Notes under the pieces: generated by a model
Database searches by the model: none
What the model was told of the DNA's origin: nothing
Seen by the model: only the letters and a program-made list of their open reading frames with translations
Shown: positions 61,148-64,000 of the stretch, one piece after another
How positions within the stretch are numbered: the stretch's first letter is position 1
Layout: each line of letters opens with the position of its first letter
Made by a program: the position numbers and the translations under genes
DNA from: Podarcis melisellensis
Taxonomy: Eukaryota
NCBI GenBank assembly: GCA_964234715.1
Contig: OZ174276.1
DNA length: 64,000 nucleotides
Strand: one strand, 5' to 3'

Positions 61148-62128
61148 TGCTCTAAAAGTTGTATTACGGCTATTCTATATCTATCTATCTGCCTATCTCT
61201 CTCTTAAAAACACATTTTTCAGCCAGCTCTTCAGCCAAAAGGGTTCCCAGAGCAGCTGACAAAGTTCACTAATAATTCATAATTCATTTACTGCAAATAC
61301 GGGACACCCAAGGGGAAATAATGTGTGTTAAATCTGATCTTGAACATGAGAGTTGTCGATCCACCCTTGGATTCTTGCCATAGCCTAGCAAAAAACCAGT
61401 GCTACAGTTTTCATATATCTGGTTTTAAATTTCTAAAAGGAGGTGTTGGGATTCATTCCTATCTGGAAGTCTTCCTACCCCCACCCCGTACTCTTTATCA
61501 CAGATACCCAACATCTGGTTGTGGTTACATATGCTACAATGAGATATTCTATAGCTATGTACTCCAAACAAAGCCAGGGCTTTGGCACTGGAAACAGGTT
61601 CCCAAGCTAAGCCCTAATAAATCCTGTTATCCTTTCACTCCTTCTTTTGGTTAAAGCTTTGGTATTACGTGCACTTGGAAAAGTTCTCCATTTAACACCT
61701 TCAAGGAGTAACCCCCATTCAACACAATGGGACATTTCCAAGTAAACATGGTCAGGATTGTGCTGTAAAAGAAGAGGGAGGCTTGTAGAAGCAACAAAGC
61801 AACAAGAAGGGAAGTCCTCAGTTTCTGGGGGTTGGGAGGAATTGGCACCCTGCCTTAAAAATGCAGAGCAGAAAATCTTTAATAAAAACAATTTTTAAAA
61901 ATGCAGAGCAGAACAGATGGACATGGCAAGCCCAGGGCACTGGGCTCTCAAGCATGGAAGTCAAAACTTGGGATAAAAAAAGAGGTGGACAGGCATACAA
62001 AGATTAAAAGAACTGGGTTGTGGTTGGTACTTCAAAGCAATAGTAAGAAGTAGAGACTAGGTTGGAAATATAAGATTTCTGGGCTATGCCAATTAATGAG
62101 CCTCATATTCAAACACACGATTCACATA

Positions 62129-62354
62129 CACTGGTACCTCGAGTTACAAACACCTCAGGTTACAAACTCCGCTAAGCCGGAAGTAGTACCTCGGGTTAAG
62201 AACTTTGCCCCAGAATGAGAACAGAAATCGTGCAGCGGCAGTGCGGCGGCAGCAGGAGGCCTGATTAGCTAAAGTGGTACCTCAGGTTAAGAATGGTTTC
62301 AGGTTAAGAATGGACCTCCGGAACGAATTAAGTTTGTAACTAGAGGTACCACTG
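62129..62354. mobile_element. Tc1/mariner (Tigger-like) MITE
   Basis: ta|cactggtacctc ... gaggtaccactg|ta; homologous to 5773-6019. Confidence 0.85.
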
Positions 62355-64000
62355 TACTCAGACTTAAAAGTGATCAGAATGATGAGAACTTATCTGCACC
62401 CAGAAGCTCACACAAGCTATTTCTGGCCCTTTCTGCTGATAGTTCAACTCCTTAGCAGTTAGAGTGTTCTTGACTATTCTGTGACTCTTCCGTCAACTCA
62501 GCCAATAGCAAAGGGGGCTAATTGCTTTGACATCCTTGCTTTTGTGACATCACTGCAATTCAGACACGGCTATGCAGTTCTAAAGGACAGCAACCTAGGT
62601 ACATACTGTAAATCTTCATCTTTGAGGGGGGGGGGGCTGAATCCTTGTGTCTTGGGGAAGGAGTTGGCAAGTGTGGGGTGCATAACAGAATGAGGATAAA
62701 GAATTTTGTGGCTAAGTAGATTATAGGAAGCCGCAGTGCAAAACAATGGGGAACCGCTGGAGTAGGGGATGGTGGCAGGACTGCATGGGACTCAGTTCAG
62801 GCTTGAGGGTTTACCTTTTATAGTGTTTGTTTCCCCTATAATTAGCCAACTGTTCTTGTGCATTGAGAAAGCTCCAGGTGTGGCCAGTTAAAGGGCTTTA
62901 AGTGCTGACTCAGGCTTTGCCACCCCCTCCCCTTTCTGTCCCCGAGATGCACTGGTCTGGCCAGTCTGGGTGCCAGGCCTCCTATTGTAGCAAAGCTTGG
63001 AGACGACGCCAACCTGGCGCCGTGCTCTGCCCAGCCCTGGCTAGCAGGGAGGCGGCTCTGGCCCAGATGCTCCTGCAGGGGCAGGTTTCTCCAGGGTGGA
63101 ACGTGCCTGTGTGGAGTGAGGCTGGGCTGGAGACCTGGCGGGATGGATCCTCCTCTAGGAAAGTATTTTGCATACCCACTGGCTTCTCTCAGCACCTTGG
63201 TAGAGTGAGTTGCCTCCCAGCGAACAAGCTGTGAAGGCCCATTCCCTTTGGACCTGACCAGCATCCCTAAACGGCTTTCTCTGTGAGCTTATGCTCACAT
63301 CTGTCAGCAGGTCTTCATTCTGCTCTGCAGTCTGCCTGCGCTGAAATCTTGTGCCTTTAACAACAGAGGCTACAGGCATATGTTCAGCAAGGGAAGCTTC
63401 CCCACTGTTGGATCACATTGCTAGGTGAAGCCGCACCTACGGAAGCTGTTAAAGGCACAGGGTCCTGTTAAAAAGAATGACAGTAAACAAACATTTGTGA
63501 TTGTGACATAAAAAATATCATTAGTGAATCACAATATAATTTATGGTGAATTACATCCAACTAACTATTTTTAATGAAAGATTTCTTGGTTTACAAAAGT
63601 ATGTGCAATGTCTCTTTTTTCAAGTTACATTTTCTACAGATCAGTTTCATTTGTTGAGACGTTAGTGTTACATTAAGAAGAGGGGGAAAGAGGTGGAGGG
63701 GGCCTTGGTGAGTGGAGTCAGGTTGCTCGCAGAGTGATTTGGGGCCAGTTTTCATTCTTGGCCTGGCCTACCTGATAGGATTGTAGTGAGAATAGAATGG
63801 GGAGTAGCAGTACTGTGGACACTACCTTGAGCTCCTTGGAGGAAAGGTGAGATACAAATGTAATAATGAATGAATAAATAGCCCACCTTGCATCCAAAGA
63901 GCATACATGATCCTTCCCCTTGCCCATTTTTTGTTGTCACAACAGCGCTGAGAGGAAGGTTAAGTCAAGACATAGTGACTGTCCTGGGGTCGCCCGGTGA

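Noticed and set aside
1-64000. CRISPR arrays, rRNA, operons or prokaryotic defence systems
   Set aside because: The sequence is intron-rich vertebrate DNA; no regularly spaced repeat-spacer array or rRNA similarity was seen

Overview
Vertebrate genomic DNA from a squamate reptile, most likely a lacertid lizard, judging by its Sauria/Squam1, Squam2-like and Squam3-like SINEs and BovB fragments. Two intact spliced genes converge tail-to-tail. BEST2 (bestrophin-2) is on the + strand with 9 coding exons at 7966-16414 and encodes 571 aa. HOOK2 is on the - strand with 22 coding exons from 40307 down to 19891 and encodes 723 aa; its promoter is a CpG island with a perfect CRE. All exon boundaries were read from the sequence, all introns are GT-AG, and phases close correctly. 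The remaining ~23 kb (40.9-64 kb) has no recognisable coding exon. It holds a second CpG island with no evident gene (57.2-58.0 kb), clusters of NF-kB/AP-1/STAT/SMAD/ETS-like motifs, and many repeats (SINEs, L2 and BovB fragments, hAT and Tc1/mariner MITEs, microsatellites). From mammalian synteny (BEST2-HOOK2-JUNB) this is probably upstream regulatory DNA of JUNB, but JUNB itself is not in the window. I found no convincing new biological system. The best leads are the orphan CpG island, the conserved Cys-rich and acidic motifs of the BEST2 tail, a candidate 40-nt poison exon in HOOK2, and a template-switch hairpin at a BovB 5' junction.
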